62,662 nt of DNA from Burkholderiaceae bacterium (GTDB taxonomy: Bacteria > Pseudomonadota > Gammaproteobacteria > Burkholderiales > Burkholderiaceae_B): NCBI GenBank assembly GCA_044376975.1, contig JBILJY010000001.1, positions 1-62,662 of the forward strand. Reading direction: 5' to 3'. Under the pieces are notes generated by a model, which worked only from the letters and a program-made list of their open reading frames with translations, ran no database searches and had not been told where the DNA came from. The first letter of the stretch is position 1; the number at the start of each line of letters is the position of its first letter. Positions 19,494 through 29,548 of this stretch are shown one piece after another. Both the position numbers and the translations under genes were made by a program.

Positions 19494-20788
19494 TTCATAT
19501 GGTTGGGCAGGAACGTTGCAAGTTCCGGCACAAAGTATAAGAATAGAACTGCCCCGACCATCAATAAGAACAAGGGAAATGACACGCGCGCGATGTACGG
19601 AAGTTCGCGTCCAGTCATACCCGACAAGACAAACAAATTGAATCCGACTGGCGGAGTGACTTGAGCCATCTCAACCACAAAAACAATAAAAATCCCGAAC
19701 CAAATCAAGTCAATCCCTGCTGCTGTCACTGTTGGAAGCAGCACGCCCATCGTCAGCACGACCATCGAAATACCATCTAGAAAACACCCTAAGATGATAA
19801 AGAAAACCATCAAGACCAAGATCAGCCCAAACTGAGACAAGCCAAGAGTTCCAATCCACTCGGCTAAGGCACGCGGCAAGCCAATGTATCCCATAGATAG
19901 CGTTAAAAACTGAGCACCCGCAAGAATCAAGGCAATCATGCAATACAGACGTGTTGCACCCAGCAACGAGCCTTTGAATGTTTCCCAAGTCAAAGACCCT
20001 TGGGCGACAGAAACGATAAGCGATCCGAGGACGCCGATGGCAGCCGCCTCGGTTGCGGTCGCTACTCCGCTGTAAATGGACCCAAGCACTGCGGTAATCA
20101 GTAACAAGACTGGAATCAAGTGTCTTGATTGATACAGTTTCTGCTTGAATGACATCTCTGCATCAGCTACAGGAACCTGATCTGGGTGGCGTACCGCCCA
20201 AAAAACGATATAGCCCATGAATAACAGCGCCAAAAATATGCCCGGCAACACCCCTGCAATGAAGAGCTTCGCGATGGATACCTCTGCTGCCACACCGTAC
20301 ACAATCATGATGATCGACGGCGGAATAAGCAAGCCAAGCGTACCCGCACCTGCGAGCGTACCAATCACCATATCGTCCGGGTATCCGCGGCGCTTGAGCT
20401 CCGGCAGCGTCATCTTGCCGATCGTGGCACAGGTTGCGGCAGACGAACCAGAGACTGCAGCAAAGATCGCACAGCCGATGACGTTTGTATGCAGCAAGCG
20501 TCCAGGTAATTTATTTAGCCAGGGCGCCAAGCCTTTAAACAAATCTTGCGAGAGACGAGTACGAAACAGAATCTCGCCCATCCATAAGAAGAGAGGCAGC
20601 GCGGTGAGGGTCCAGCTCGAGGATGCCCCCCAGATTGTGATGGCCATCGCATCGCCTGCGGGTCTGGAGGAGAACAGCTCCATTCCAATCCAAGCAGTCC
20701 CCGCTAACGTCAGACCAACCCAAACTCCACCTGCTAAGAACCCGAAGAGCGAGACAATAAGCAGCGTCACAATAAGAATGTCATTCAT
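19487..20788 (-). CDS. dctM: TRAP large permease
   Basis: ALPLFLWMG, SGSSAAT, GTLGLLIPPS, VTPPVGFNL; start MNDIL overlaps dctQ. Confidence 0.92.
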   Translation of the reverse strand: MNDILIVTLLIVSLFGFLAGGVWVGLTLAGTAWIGMELFSSRPAGDAMAITIWGASSSWTLTALPLFLWMGEILFRTRLSQDLFKGLAPWLNKLPGRLLHTNVIGCAIFAAVSGSSAATCATIGKMTLPELKRRGYPDDMVIGTLAGAGTLGLLIPPSIIMIVYGVAAEVSIAKLFIAGVLPGIFLALLFMGYIVFWAVRHPDQVPVADAEMSFKQKLYQSRHLIPVLLLITAVLGSIYSGVATATEAAAIGVLGSLIVSVAQGSLTWETFKGSLLGATRLYCMIALILAGAQFLTLSMGYIGLPRALAEWIGTLGLSQFGLILVLMVFFIILGCFLDGISMVVLTMGVLLPTVTAAGIDLIWFGIFIVFVVEMAQVTPPVGFNLFVLSGMTGRELPYIARVSFPLFLLMVGAVLFLYFVPELATFLPNHMKL

Positions 20789-21290
20789 GGCGTTGTTGCT
20801 CCTCGGCATCCATGCCGGATTCTTCGCCACGTATGCGGCCAACGAATAAATCAATGAAGGCAATCAGCAGCAAGATCGTGCCAACAGCCATCCCCAACTG
20901 AGGAATCCAGAGAGGCGTTGCATCATTGCTCGTAGAAATATCGTTAAAGGTGTACGAATCAATCACTAACTTGGTGCTAAAGACCGCGAGTGAAACTGCA
21001 ATCGCAACCCCTACCGCTAGCGCAGCAATGTCCAAACGCCGCTTGCCCGCGGGTGCGAGAGCGTTCAGAATAAGTGTGACGCGGATGTGCTCACCATGGC
21101 GCAAGGTCGAAGCCAGCGCCAAGAAGCCAGCCGACGCCATGAAATATCCTGCGTAGGCATCCAGTCCCGACACATGGAACTCGAGCTGACGGCTCAGGAT
21201 ACTAGTCAGCACGGCAAGTAAAACACCCACCATACAAACCGCCGCCAAAAATTCGGCGGCGGAGTACATCCCATTTAGAAGCTTACGCAT
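20781..21290 (-). CDS. dctQ: TRAP small permease
   Basis: HIRVTL and PLWIPQ motifs; 4 TM segments. Confidence 0.9.
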   Translation of the reverse strand: MRKLLNGMYSAAEFLAAVCMVGVLLAVLTSILSRQLEFHVSGLDAYAGYFMASAGFLALASTLRHGEHIRVTLILNALAPAGKRRLDIAALAVGVAIAVSLAVFSTKLVIDSYTFNDISTSNDATPLWIPQLGMAVGTILLLIAFIDLFVGRIRGEESGMDAEEQQRHE

Positions 21291-21293
21291 TAT

Positions 21294-22265
21294 TTACTTT
21301 TTGAGAGCGTCAATGATAGCCTGGCCATCTTTGCCCGCTTTCTTCAAGTAGTCTGCGAGCATTTTCTGACCAATCTCGTTCAAACCTTTGGTCAACTCGG
21401 CGGAAGGCTGAATCACCTGGCCACCGTTTTTAGTCCAAGCAGCCAAATACTCATTGGTCTTTGCTTCTGAGGTCTTCCAACCGCGCTCTTCGGCTTTTGC
21501 AGCTTCGGCCAACAAGGCTTTACGTGTGGCTTCATCCAAGGCATCGAAGGCCTTCTTGTTCATGATGACCGCGTTCTTGGGAATCCAAGCTTGGTTGTCA
21601 TAAAACTTCTTGATGTACTCGTAAGTCTTGGTGTCAACGCCGGTTGCGCTCGATGAAATCATCGAGTCCATCACGCCTGTTGCCATAGCTTGTGAAACTT
21701 CAGCCGCTTGAATCGTCACGGGTTGCGCACCAACGAGCTCAGCAATTTTGGCAGTCGCTGGGCTGTATGAGCGCCACTTCAAACCCTTCATGTCCGCAAC
21801 ACTCTTGAGGTCACGGTTAGAGAAGATGCCCTGTGGTGGCCATGGCACTGCAAACAACAGCATCATGCCCTGTGAAGCCAGTTTCTTTTCAAGGTAAGGC
21901 TTTTGAATGGCAGCAAGCTTCTTAGCGCCTGCATAGCTGCTTACCAAGAAAGGTACGCCATCAAGCTCATAAATCGGATCTTCGTTGGCAAAGTTAACGA
22001 GCAGAATCTCACCGAGTTGTGCCTGATTGCCTTGCACAGCGCGCTTGATCTCAGGCGCTTTGAAGAGCGAAGCGTTCGGGTGAACCGTAATATTGAGCTT
22101 GCCACCTGTCGCTTTTGCGACGTCTTTGGAGAACTCGACTAAGTTTTCAGTGTGGAAGATCGAGGGTGAGTAGGCCGTGGGCAAGTCCCACTTCGTCTGG
22201 CTTTGAGCCGAAAAGCCAACAGTTGCCAATAAACTTGCAACAACGACCGATAAGGTTTTACGCAT
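21294..22265 (-). CDS. dctP: TRAP substrate-binding protein
   Basis: Sec signal, WDLPTAY, PWPPQG, KGLKWR. Confidence 0.9.
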   Translation of the reverse strand: MRKTLSVVVASLLATVGFSAQSQTKWDLPTAYSPSIFHTENLVEFSKDVAKATGGKLNITVHPNASLFKAPEIKRAVQGNQAQLGEILLVNFANEDPIYELDGVPFLVSSYAGAKKLAAIQKPYLEKKLASQGMMLLFAVPWPPQGIFSNRDLKSVADMKGLKWRSYSPATAKIAELVGAQPVTIQAAEVSQAMATGVMDSMISSSATGVDTKTYEYIKKFYDNQAWIPKNAVIMNKKAFDALDEATRKALLAEAAKAEERGWKTSEAKTNEYLAAWTKNGGQVIQPSAELTKGLNEIGQKMLADYLKKAGKDGQAIIDALKK

Positions 22266-22388
22266 GAGGAGATCCTTGAGCGAGAAAATGGATACCTAGC
22301 AAGCTAGGCCTTCTTTAAAAGTCTTCTGACTTGGTTCGTGAGTGTAGGCGCACATGCCATTCATCACAACACGCCAGCCCTGAATTAA

Positions 22389-22401
22389 GGGTAAACACTA
22401 G
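22389..22401. promoter_or_regulatory. GGGTAAACACTAG motif (putative TF site)
   Basis: 12/13 identical to 14771-14783; lies in the divergent dctP/qor gap. Confidence 0.45.
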
Positions 22402-22483
22402 ATTACCCGTTTTTTGACTGCTACGTACTAGAGTCTGTAGTATCCAATTTTTATTCTTTGCAACACACAAAGGAATTCGGGAT

Positions 22484-23488
22484 ATGTCTTCGCCGTTCGC
22501 CGTATACGTCACCTCAATCGGCGGTCCAGAGGTGCTTAAACCTCAAAATATTCCTATGCCCGTGCCTAAACCAACCGAGGTTGTAATTGCGCACACGGCT
22601 GTCGCGGTCAATTTTGTCGATATCTATTTACGTGCTGGACAACCTCACTCGCATAATCCCACTCCGCCCTTTATTCCGGGCGTGAGTGCCGTTGGACGCA
22701 TCGCTGCGATTGGCTCAGAGATCAAGGATCTAACCGTCGGGCAAAAAGCAACCTACACAAATGCCGGGGTAGGCAGCTATTGCACACACGTGGCGCTTCC
22801 CGCCGAACGTGTCATCCCCGTTCCAGAATCGCTGGACGATGTGCGAGTCGCTGCAGGCCTTGTGCGTGCCCTCACCTCGCAATATTTGCTCAAGCAAATG
22901 CGTGACCTCAAGCCTGGGACGCGCGTTTTAGTGCACGCTGCTGCGGGTGGCGTTGGTCAAATTCTCGTGCAATGGGCCAAGCGCCTCGGGCTAATCGTGA
23001 TTGCGACCGCAGGCAGCGAAGCGAAAGTTCGCACCGCACTTGAACTCGATGCAGACGAGGCAATTAACTACCGCACCCACGACTTTGTGACCGAAGTCCA
23101 TCGCATCACAAGCGGGAAAGGCGTGAGTGTCGTCTTCGACTCCGTCGGTAAAGACACTTTCGAAGGGTCGCTCAAATGCCTTGAGCCCAAGGGCCTTGTC
23201 GTCAACTACGGCACAGCTTCTGGACAAGTCGAAGGGTTCGCCCTGCAGGATCTCCACAGCAAATCTCTTTGGGTATGCCGCCCAACACTGCGCACCTATG
23301 TGGCAGATCGTGAGAACATGCTGGCGATGAGCAAAGAGGCGTTTGAGATTCTTGGAGATCCAACCATACGTCTCGACATTGAGAAGCTTTTACCACTTAG
23401 CCAAGCAAGCGAGTCACATCGCCTCTTGGAAAGCCGAACCACACAGGGTGCCATTGTTTTGATCCCTGATGATTTATTTAAAAGTTAA
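22484..23488 (+). CDS. Zeta-crystallin-like NADPH:quinone oxidoreductase
   Basis: GGPEVL, VNFVDIY.RAG, HAAAGGVG, FDSVG, YGTASG. Confidence 0.88.
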   Translation: MSSPFAVYVTSIGGPEVLKPQNIPMPVPKPTEVVIAHTAVAVNFVDIYLRAGQPHSHNPTPPFIPGVSAVGRIAAIGSEIKDLTVGQKATYTNAGVGSYCTHVALPAERVIPVPESLDDVRVAAGLVRALTSQYLLKQMRDLKPGTRVLVHAAAGGVGQILVQWAKRLGLIVIATAGSEAKVRTALELDADEAINYRTHDFVTEVHRITSGKGVSVVFDSVGKDTFEGSLKCLEPKGLVVNYGTASGQVEGFALQDLHSKSLWVCRPTLRTYVADRENMLAMSKEAFEILGDPTIRLDIEKLLPLSQASESHRLLESRTTQGAIVLIPDDLFKS

Positions 23489-23504
23489 CACCTAGGAGAC
23501 TCAC

Positions 23505-24470
23505 ATGCGCTTGATAAAAACAATGTTGGCTGCAGCAATCACCCTTTCCGCGATCGGTACCGCCGCTCACGCAGAGTACCCAGACAAGCCGATCAAAATG
23601 TTGGTTGGCTACGCCCCGGGTGGCGCGGCAGACAAACTTATTCGCCCGATTACGGACCGTCTGTCGAAGATACTTAAGCAGCCTTTCGTCATCGACTACA
23701 AACCGGGTGCAGGTGCGTCAGTTGCTGCAGATCTAACAGCCAAAGCACCAGCCGATGGCTACACACTACACATTACAGACTCGGGGCCAATGACGATCTT
23801 GCCACATATGCGCAAGCTCGGCTATGACCCTCTCAAGAGCTTTACGCCAATCTCCATGGTGGGTGGTGGTGGGGTCGTGGTGGTCGTTCTTCCCACCTCA
23901 AAAGCAACTGACATCAAGACGCTGGTAGAGCTGGCCAAAAAAGATCCCAAGAACTGGAGCTACGGCACCTCGGGCATTGGTGGCGTCGGTCACTTGGCCG
24001 GGGAACAGTTCAAAGCTGCGGCGAAGTTAGATATTGCGCACATCCCCTACAAGGGCGGCAACCCTGCGCTCGCTGAGCTACTTGGTGGCCATGTACCGGT
24101 CCTCTTCTCTTCTCTTGGTGCTGCAGCGACCCAGATTCAGTCGGGCAAACTGCGCGCGCTTGCTGACACCTCAAGTAAGCGTAGCTCCATGTTCCCAGAT
24201 GTCCCAACAATGGCCGAATCAGGCTTTCCTGGCTTTGATGCAACAATATGGTTTGGTATTGTTGGGCCAGCCGGACTTCCCAAAGAAGTGATGAATAAGC
24301 TTGTACCTGCGCTTGCCTCCATCATGAAAGATCCTGAAGTCATTGCGGCGATCAAACGTGAAGGCTATGAGCCTATGCCCTTTACACCGCAACAAACAGC
24401 GGATCGCATCAAGTCTGACTTTGCACTTTGGGGCAAGACCGTCACAGCCTCCAACATTAAAGCGGACTAA
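23505..24470 (+). CDS. Bug/TctC tripartite tricarboxylate transporter binding protein
   Basis: YPDKPI..VGYAPGG..D, KPGAG, PADGYT, HIPYKG. Confidence 0.92.
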   Translation: MRLIKTMLAAAITLSAIGTAAHAEYPDKPIKMLVGYAPGGAADKLIRPITDRLSKILKQPFVIDYKPGAGASVAADLTAKAPADGYTLHITDSGPMTILPHMRKLGYDPLKSFTPISMVGGGGVVVVVLPTSKATDIKTLVELAKKDPKNWSYGTSGIGGVGHLAGEQFKAAAKLDIAHIPYKGGNPALAELLGGHVPVLFSSLGAAATQIQSGKLRALADTSSKRSSMFPDVPTMAESGFPGFDATIWFGIVGPAGLPKEVMNKLVPALASIMKDPEVIAAIKREGYEPMPFTPQQTADRIKSDFALWGKTVTASNIKAD

Positions 24471-24472
24471 AC

Positions 24473-25495
24473 ATGGCATTACCCTCAACACTGCTGACAA
24501 ATCTACCCGAGCAGATTCCGCTTGATCAGGAACGTCCTTTTCAAACGACCAGAATCCGCAGTCCTATCGCAGGCCCTAAACTCATTGTCACGGCTGCAGT
24601 GCATGGCAACGAGACGTGCGGGACCTTTGCGATCGAGAGATTGGTCAAGCAGTTTGAGTTGGGCGAGCTCAAGCTTCTGAAGGGATTTGTGACCTTTGTT
24701 CCGGTCACAAATCCTAAAGCCTATCGACTCAAGCGGCGTGCTGGCGATCGAAACCTGAATCGTCGCCTGATGCCGACCGATACGCCCGTGCAATACGAAG
24801 ACCATATTGCCAACTGGCTCTGTCCATTGCTCGCAGAGCACGATGGTCTACTCGATCTCCACTCTTTTCAGAGCGGTGATACGGCCTTCGCACTCTTTGG
24901 CCCGTCTAACAATACCCAAGCACTCGAGCCTTTTGCGCAGGCACAGATCGAAGAAGATCTCATTACTCGGCTCGGTTGCAAGCGCTTTGTTTATGGCTGG
25001 CTAAGCACCTATGCCAAGGGAATCGAGCGACGCGCAGCCGAAGTCAAAGCGGGACGCTTCAACGCCCAAGATGTCGATATTGATGCGCGTTACGGCATCG
25101 GTACCACGGAGTATATGCGTTCCGTGGGCGGCTGGTCGCTGACGTTAGAGTGCAGCCAACACGATGATGTGGGTGGACGGGAAGTTGCCTACCAAGCGAT
25201 TGTGAACACTCTGACCCACTTAGGCATGCTCGCGGGAACACCACCAGCTGCCGCAAAAGAGTTTGAAGTACTCGGGCTTTATGACGTATTTGATCGCTTC
25301 GATATGAACGATCAGTTTGCCAAGTCATGGAAGAGTTTTGATCCGATCAAACAAGGCGAATGCATTGGCACACGCGCCGACGGCACTCGCCTCGTTGCGG
25401 AGCGTGACTGCTTTATTGTGTTTCCGAATATGAAATCGCAGCCTGGCCAGGAATGGTTTTACCTCGCACATGCAGGCGGCCGACTCGGGCGCTAA
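24473..25495 (+). CDS. Succinylglutamate desuccinylase/aspartoacylase (M14) family
   Basis: HGNE, NLNR, DLHS and TLEC motifs. Confidence 0.85.
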   Translation: MALPSTLLTNLPEQIPLDQERPFQTTRIRSPIAGPKLIVTAAVHGNETCGTFAIERLVKQFELGELKLLKGFVTFVPVTNPKAYRLKRRAGDRNLNRRLMPTDTPVQYEDHIANWLCPLLAEHDGLLDLHSFQSGDTAFALFGPSNNTQALEPFAQAQIEEDLITRLGCKRFVYGWLSTYAKGIERRAAEVKAGRFNAQDVDIDARYGIGTTEYMRSVGGWSLTLECSQHDDVGGREVAYQAIVNTLTHLGMLAGTPPAAAKEFEVLGLYDVFDRFDMNDQFAKSWKSFDPIKQGECIGTRADGTRLVAERDCFIVFPNMKSQPGQEWFYLAHAGGRLGR

Positions 25496-25498
25496 GTG

Positions 25499-25735
25499 CT
25501 AATAAACACTCACATTTCTTGCGATAAAGTACACGGCTGTCACTAAGGCCGATGCCCCGCCAAGGAGCTTCCATGTCATGCCATGAAGCTCCTTATGCAA
25601 CTCTTTATACAAGTCGGCCTTAAGGGCATTTAAATCAGATTTGGTGGCAAAGATATCTAGCCGGGTTTCAATCCGAGCTAAGCGGTCACGCGTGTCAATT
25701 TCGAATTTTTCAAAGCGAGCAAGTCTTTCCTGCAT
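25499..25735 (-). CDS. Small coiled-coil protein with C-terminal TM (DUF1640/CCDC90-like)
   Basis: Heptad repeats, FATKSDL motif, hydrophobic C-terminus; GGAAG upstream of MQER. Confidence 0.6.
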   Translation of the reverse strand: MQERLARFEKFEIDTRDRLARIETRLDIFATKSDLNALKADLYKELHKELHGMTWKLLGGASALVTAVYFIARNVSVY

Positions 25736-25793
25736 GGGAACTTCCACTTTTTCTAAAAGAAAAATTATCCATTGGTGCTGACTGCTAAGCAAA

Positions 25794-27086
25794 CTAATTT
25801 TTGCAACAGTGTGTAACCAACCATTGCGTTAAGACTGTCGTCGCCAAAAGAAAGTCGTCGATCGACATTTCCTCATCTGGGTGATGACTACCATTTGGAT
25901 TGCGGATAAACAAGAACCCAAAAGGAATGCCTGCCGCATAAAAGGCGGCGGAGTCGTGCGAAGCGGGACTCGGCAAGTCGGGAACTGTTAGTCCTAGCTC
26001 CAAAGCACAAGCGCGCAGCTGCGCGGTAATGGTCGGATCTGCTGGTGCCACGCCTGCAGAGGCTTGGGGGCCGAGATCGATTTTGACACGGCGCGTTGCC
26101 GACACCACTTCTACGAGTTCCAAAAACTTTGTTTTCAGTTCAGCCAAGTCTGCAGTGTCGTACGCGCGCACATCAAGGCTTAAGCCAAACTCCCCAGGCA
26201 CGATTGTCAATCCGTGACGCGCGCTGTTGGTCTGAAACTCACCAATGGTGCAGGCCATCAAACGCCCTGCCTGCTCCCATTCCGCCCAGATCTTATCGAG
26301 GCCTAGCGCGATATCTGCCCCAGCAAGTACGGCATCATGGCGGTAGCGACGCCCGAGCCCAACATGACCGTACTCCCCAGTAATCTTGATTTTGGGGTAA
26401 CGGAAGTTTCCTGGCACACCCGAACCAATCGCAATGGCATGCCCGTCTATCGCCAGACTGGGCGCTTGCTCAATGTGTACCTCCATAAAGGCTCTCACGT
26501 TCTGTGGCGTGAGGTACGCCTGGCCTTGAGCAACCGCATCCGGATCGCCGCCCGCCTCAAGCAAATGCTCGGCGAGGGTTCGGCCTGTATCGATGCGCTT
26601 AGTCTGCAACGCGCTCTCCTGCAAAGATCCCAGAGCACCTCGGCTGCCAATATAGGAGACTTGAAACCAGATACTTTCTTCGGCACGCACGCCCATCACA
26701 ACAATATCGCACTGTGGTTGCAACCCAGCCTCTTTAAGCGCTTCGATCGCAATCAAGCCAGCCACTACCCCTGCCGCGCCATCATAATTTCCGCCTGCAG
26801 CCACCGAGTCTAAATGAGAGCCAATCACAAGAGCAGGAGCCGAACGATCTACCCCGGGCAACACCATATAGGTATTACGCATGTGGTCGTGTCGAACCTC
26901 AAGGCCAAGTGCTGCGGCATACTTTGCCACGAGGTCGTGCGCAAACTGCTCACCCGGCCCGTACGTATCGCGGGTCACGCCTCCACGCTTGGTGTCGACG
27001 CTGCCCTCACGTAACTGATCGAAAAGCCACTGCGCTTCCGGATAGAGGCTCATCACAAGAGAGTCGACCTTCAGGCCAGCGTTCAT
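25794..27086 (-). CDS. M20 Zn amidohydrolase, N-carbamoyl-L-amino acid/allantoate amidohydrolase family
   Basis: GSHLDSV, YDG..G, AEES, EVHIEQ, HD, GSH.PDE motifs. Confidence 0.88.
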   Translation of the reverse strand: MNAGLKVDSLVMSLYPEAQWLFDQLREGSVDTKRGGVTRDTYGPGEQFAHDLVAKYAAALGLEVRHDHMRNTYMVLPGVDRSAPALVIGSHLDSVAAGGNYDGAAGVVAGLIAIEALKEAGLQPQCDIVVMGVRAEESIWFQVSYIGSRGALGSLQESALQTKRIDTGRTLAEHLLEAGGDPDAVAQGQAYLTPQNVRAFMEVHIEQAPSLAIDGHAIAIGSGVPGNFRYPKIKITGEYGHVGLGRRYRHDAVLAGADIALGLDKIWAEWEQAGRLMACTIGEFQTNSARHGLTIVPGEFGLSLDVRAYDTADLAELKTKFLELVEVVSATRRVKIDLGPQASAGVAPADPTITAQLRACALELGLTVPDLPSPASHDSAAFYAAGIPFGFLFIRNPNGSHHPDEEMSIDDFLLATTVLTQWLVTHCCKN

Positions 27087-27147
27087 ACAAAGGAATCCTA
27101 TGGCTATCTAGCTGTTAGCAACACAACGACGATTAAAAATTGTATAG

Positions 27148-28461
27148 ATGATATTAGTGTTTAATGATACCGAATACTTTTTATTGCGACACGTCCTTTT
27201 GAATATCATCGCTTTGTTCGTCATTGGGTTAGGGGCTTCGATTGCCCCACTAGATTTCTCTGTGAACGTCGCCTTTCCTGCGATCTCAGAGGCCTTCTCC
27301 CTTCCCACACAAAGCATTCTCTGGATTCCCTTTTCTTACGTCCTGACATACGGCGTCCTCGTCATCGGATTTGGTGCGTTGGGCGATCGGCTAGGACATC
27401 TGCGCGTGTTTAGGGCTGGCCTTGTACTCGCAATTATTGCGCTAACACTTTGCGCCTTGGCTCCCACCTACCCTTGGCTGATCGCCGCACGTGTGTTGCA
27501 AGGTGTGGCAATGGCCCTAACCTTGTCCTGCGCGCCCGCCATTGTCACCTTTCTCTACGACGAGACACAACGTACCCGAGCATTATCTCTGTACGGAAGT
27601 ATGACGGCGATAGCAAGCGTGGCGGCGCCACTGATCGGGGGCCTGATGGTCGCCTGGATGGACTGGCCAGGCGTTTACTGGTTTAGAGTCCCGATCGCGA
27701 TTATTGCGCTTGCCTTTTTGCCCTTGCTAGCACCAAGACTCAAGGCTAACGCGCTCAACCGCGAGATGTCTACCGCACAAACGAAACCTTCGACGTTGAG
27801 ACTCTTATTTCACACAAGCCGTGAAGACAAACGCTTCCTTTGGATAAACATCGTGAGCGCCGTCTTGCAACTATCGACCTTTGCAATCCCTTTATTAGTT
27901 CCCTACTACCTTTCCACGGTCGCAGCCTGGCCAGCCGAACGCATTGGAATGGTCTTAGGCTGTTGGGCGAGCGGCACACTGCTTGGCTCTATGCTCACAG
28001 GGCTTGCTGCTAAACGCTGGCCATCCCACTTGATTGCCTATGGAGCGGCTTGGCTATGCACCAGCGGCTTAATTTGCGTCATGCTGTGGTCTGATGTTCC
28101 AAACTGGGGGCTCATTTTCTTTTCAATGATCCTTCAGGGCTTAGGCTTGGGGCTATTTCAAGTGGCCTACGCAGACTGGATTGTTGCGTGTCTTCCTCGC
28201 CAAGCACGTGGCGTTGCGGGGGGCATCACTGTGTTTACGCGCACGGTGGGTGTGGTCACCGGAGCAATCTTTTGGCTTTGGGTACTACAACTGGCAGAGC
28301 CCTCTTCTTACATCGAAGCATTGACAACCCAGCAAGTCTTCATCAGCGGCTTTAAAAATGTATTTTTGTGCGCCGCTAGCTTAATCGCAGGCTGCTTGAT
28401 ATTTACAACACTGCGTACAAATTTGTGGCAGCGCATGCCACAAGGGAATCGTGATTTCTGA
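27148..28461 (+). CDS. MFS transporter (drug:H+ antiporter-like N-half)
   Basis: LD.SVNVAFP, GALGDRLG, ARVLQG; start uncertain. Confidence 0.82.
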   Translation: MILVFNDTEYFLLRHVLLNIIALFVIGLGASIAPLDFSVNVAFPAISEAFSLPTQSILWIPFSYVLTYGVLVIGFGALGDRLGHLRVFRAGLVLAIIALTLCALAPTYPWLIAARVLQGVAMALTLSCAPAIVTFLYDETQRTRALSLYGSMTAIASVAAPLIGGLMVAWMDWPGVYWFRVPIAIIALAFLPLLAPRLKANALNREMSTAQTKPSTLRLLFHTSREDKRFLWINIVSAVLQLSTFAIPLLVPYYLSTVAAWPAERIGMVLGCWASGTLLGSMLTGLAAKRWPSHLIAYGAAWLCTSGLICVMLWSDVPNWGLIFFSMILQGLGLGLFQVAYADWIVACLPRQARGVAGGITVFTRTVGVVTGAIFWLWVLQLAEPSSYIEALTTQQVFISGFKNVFLCAASLIAGCLIFTTLRTNLWQRMPQGNRDF

Positions 28462-28501
28462 TCAGCACCTCTTATCGAGATGCTGATTCAGACTTCGAAA
28501 A

Positions 28502-29548
28502 CTAAGCACCTGCCTTAAAGAACTTATTCCAATACTCGAGAACCTGCGTTTTTTCAGAGACCAAAGACTTAGAATCGTAAGGCAGTACACGCTTGATTTC
28601 GCTATCGCTAAAACTGACTCGCGCCTTAACATCGGCCGGCAAGTCTGCATTGCGAACTGTCGGCGCATAACCCATCGCTTTAGCGAATTCAACCTGCCCT
28701 TTCGGATCCATCATTGCGTTCAAAAATTTCCACGCACCTGGCTTGTTGCGCGAGTTCTTAGGCACCGCACCTTCAAACGTCACGGCAACAGCCCCCTCTT
28801 TGGGGACCACAAAACCCAGAGGTAGACCAGCATCCTGCCACTGTAATGCACGCGCCTTCCACATGCAGGTCATCCAAATCTCACCCGACTTAAGCGCGGC
28901 CGCAACCGCTTCGTTTGAGGGGAAGACCTTAGGGTCATTCTTCTTGATGTTTACCAACATATCCATCCCAGCTTTGAATGTCGACATATTGCCGCTATTC
29001 GCTAAGCCTACGAACAGCGTATTGGCCACATGCAAAATATCCGAAAAGCCAACACGACCGCGATACTTCGGGTCAGTCGCTGCAGCAAACGAGTCCGGAG
29101 GTGTCGGAATTTTTTCCTTGTTGTAGACCAACACCATCGCACTAAAGATATGGGGGATCGAGTATGGTGTGCGGAACTGCTCGTACGTATTCGCAAAATT
29201 AGGCGTGTTAGCTACACTGACGGACTCAAACGGATCGACCAGTGACAGGTCGTACATGTCAACGTCTTGCAACAAGGCAACATCCATCGAACCGCGACGA
29301 GACTTTGTTTCTGCACGAATTTTTGTCGCACGTGCCACCGCATTGCCCGTGTCAAACACGATCGGCGCACCAGCCAGGGGATTCACAATCTTCTGAAGCA
29401 GGTTTTGATAGTCTCCACCCCACGTACCGACAATAACGTTTGCATCTTGGGCAAAGGCCTCGCGCCCAAAGATCGGCAGTGCAGAAGCCAACAGCAGTCC
29501 GGAGGACGATTTTAAAAACGTACGTCGTTTAAAGGTCGTTGCTTGCAT
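28502..29548 (-). CDS. ABC substrate-binding protein, PotD/polyamine-like, Tat-exported
   Basis: KRRTFL Tat motif, GTWGG, PKEG, AWKFLN; AGGAG RBS before MQATT. Confidence 0.85.
   Translation of the reverse strand: MQATTFKRRTFLKSSSGLLLASALPIFGREAFAQDANVIVGTWGGDYQNLLQKIVNPLAGAPIVFDTGNAVARATKIRAETKSRRGSMDVALLQDVDMYDLSLVDPFESVSVANTPNFANTYEQFRTPYSIPHIFSAMVLVYNKEKIPTPPDSFAAATDPKYRGRVGFSDILHVANTLFVGLANSGNMSTFKAGMDMLVNIKKNDPKVFPSNEAVAAALKSGEIWMTCMWKARALQWQDAGLPLGFVVPKEGAVAVTFEGAVPKNSRNKPGAWKFLNAMMDPKGQVEFAKAMGYAPTVRNADLPADVKARVSFSDSEIKRVLPYDSKSLVSEKTQVLEYWNKFFKAGA

Noticed and set aside
22295-22308. CCTAGC-AA-GCTAGG palindrome upstream of dctP
   Set aside because: Only 6 bp, single copy, could be chance.
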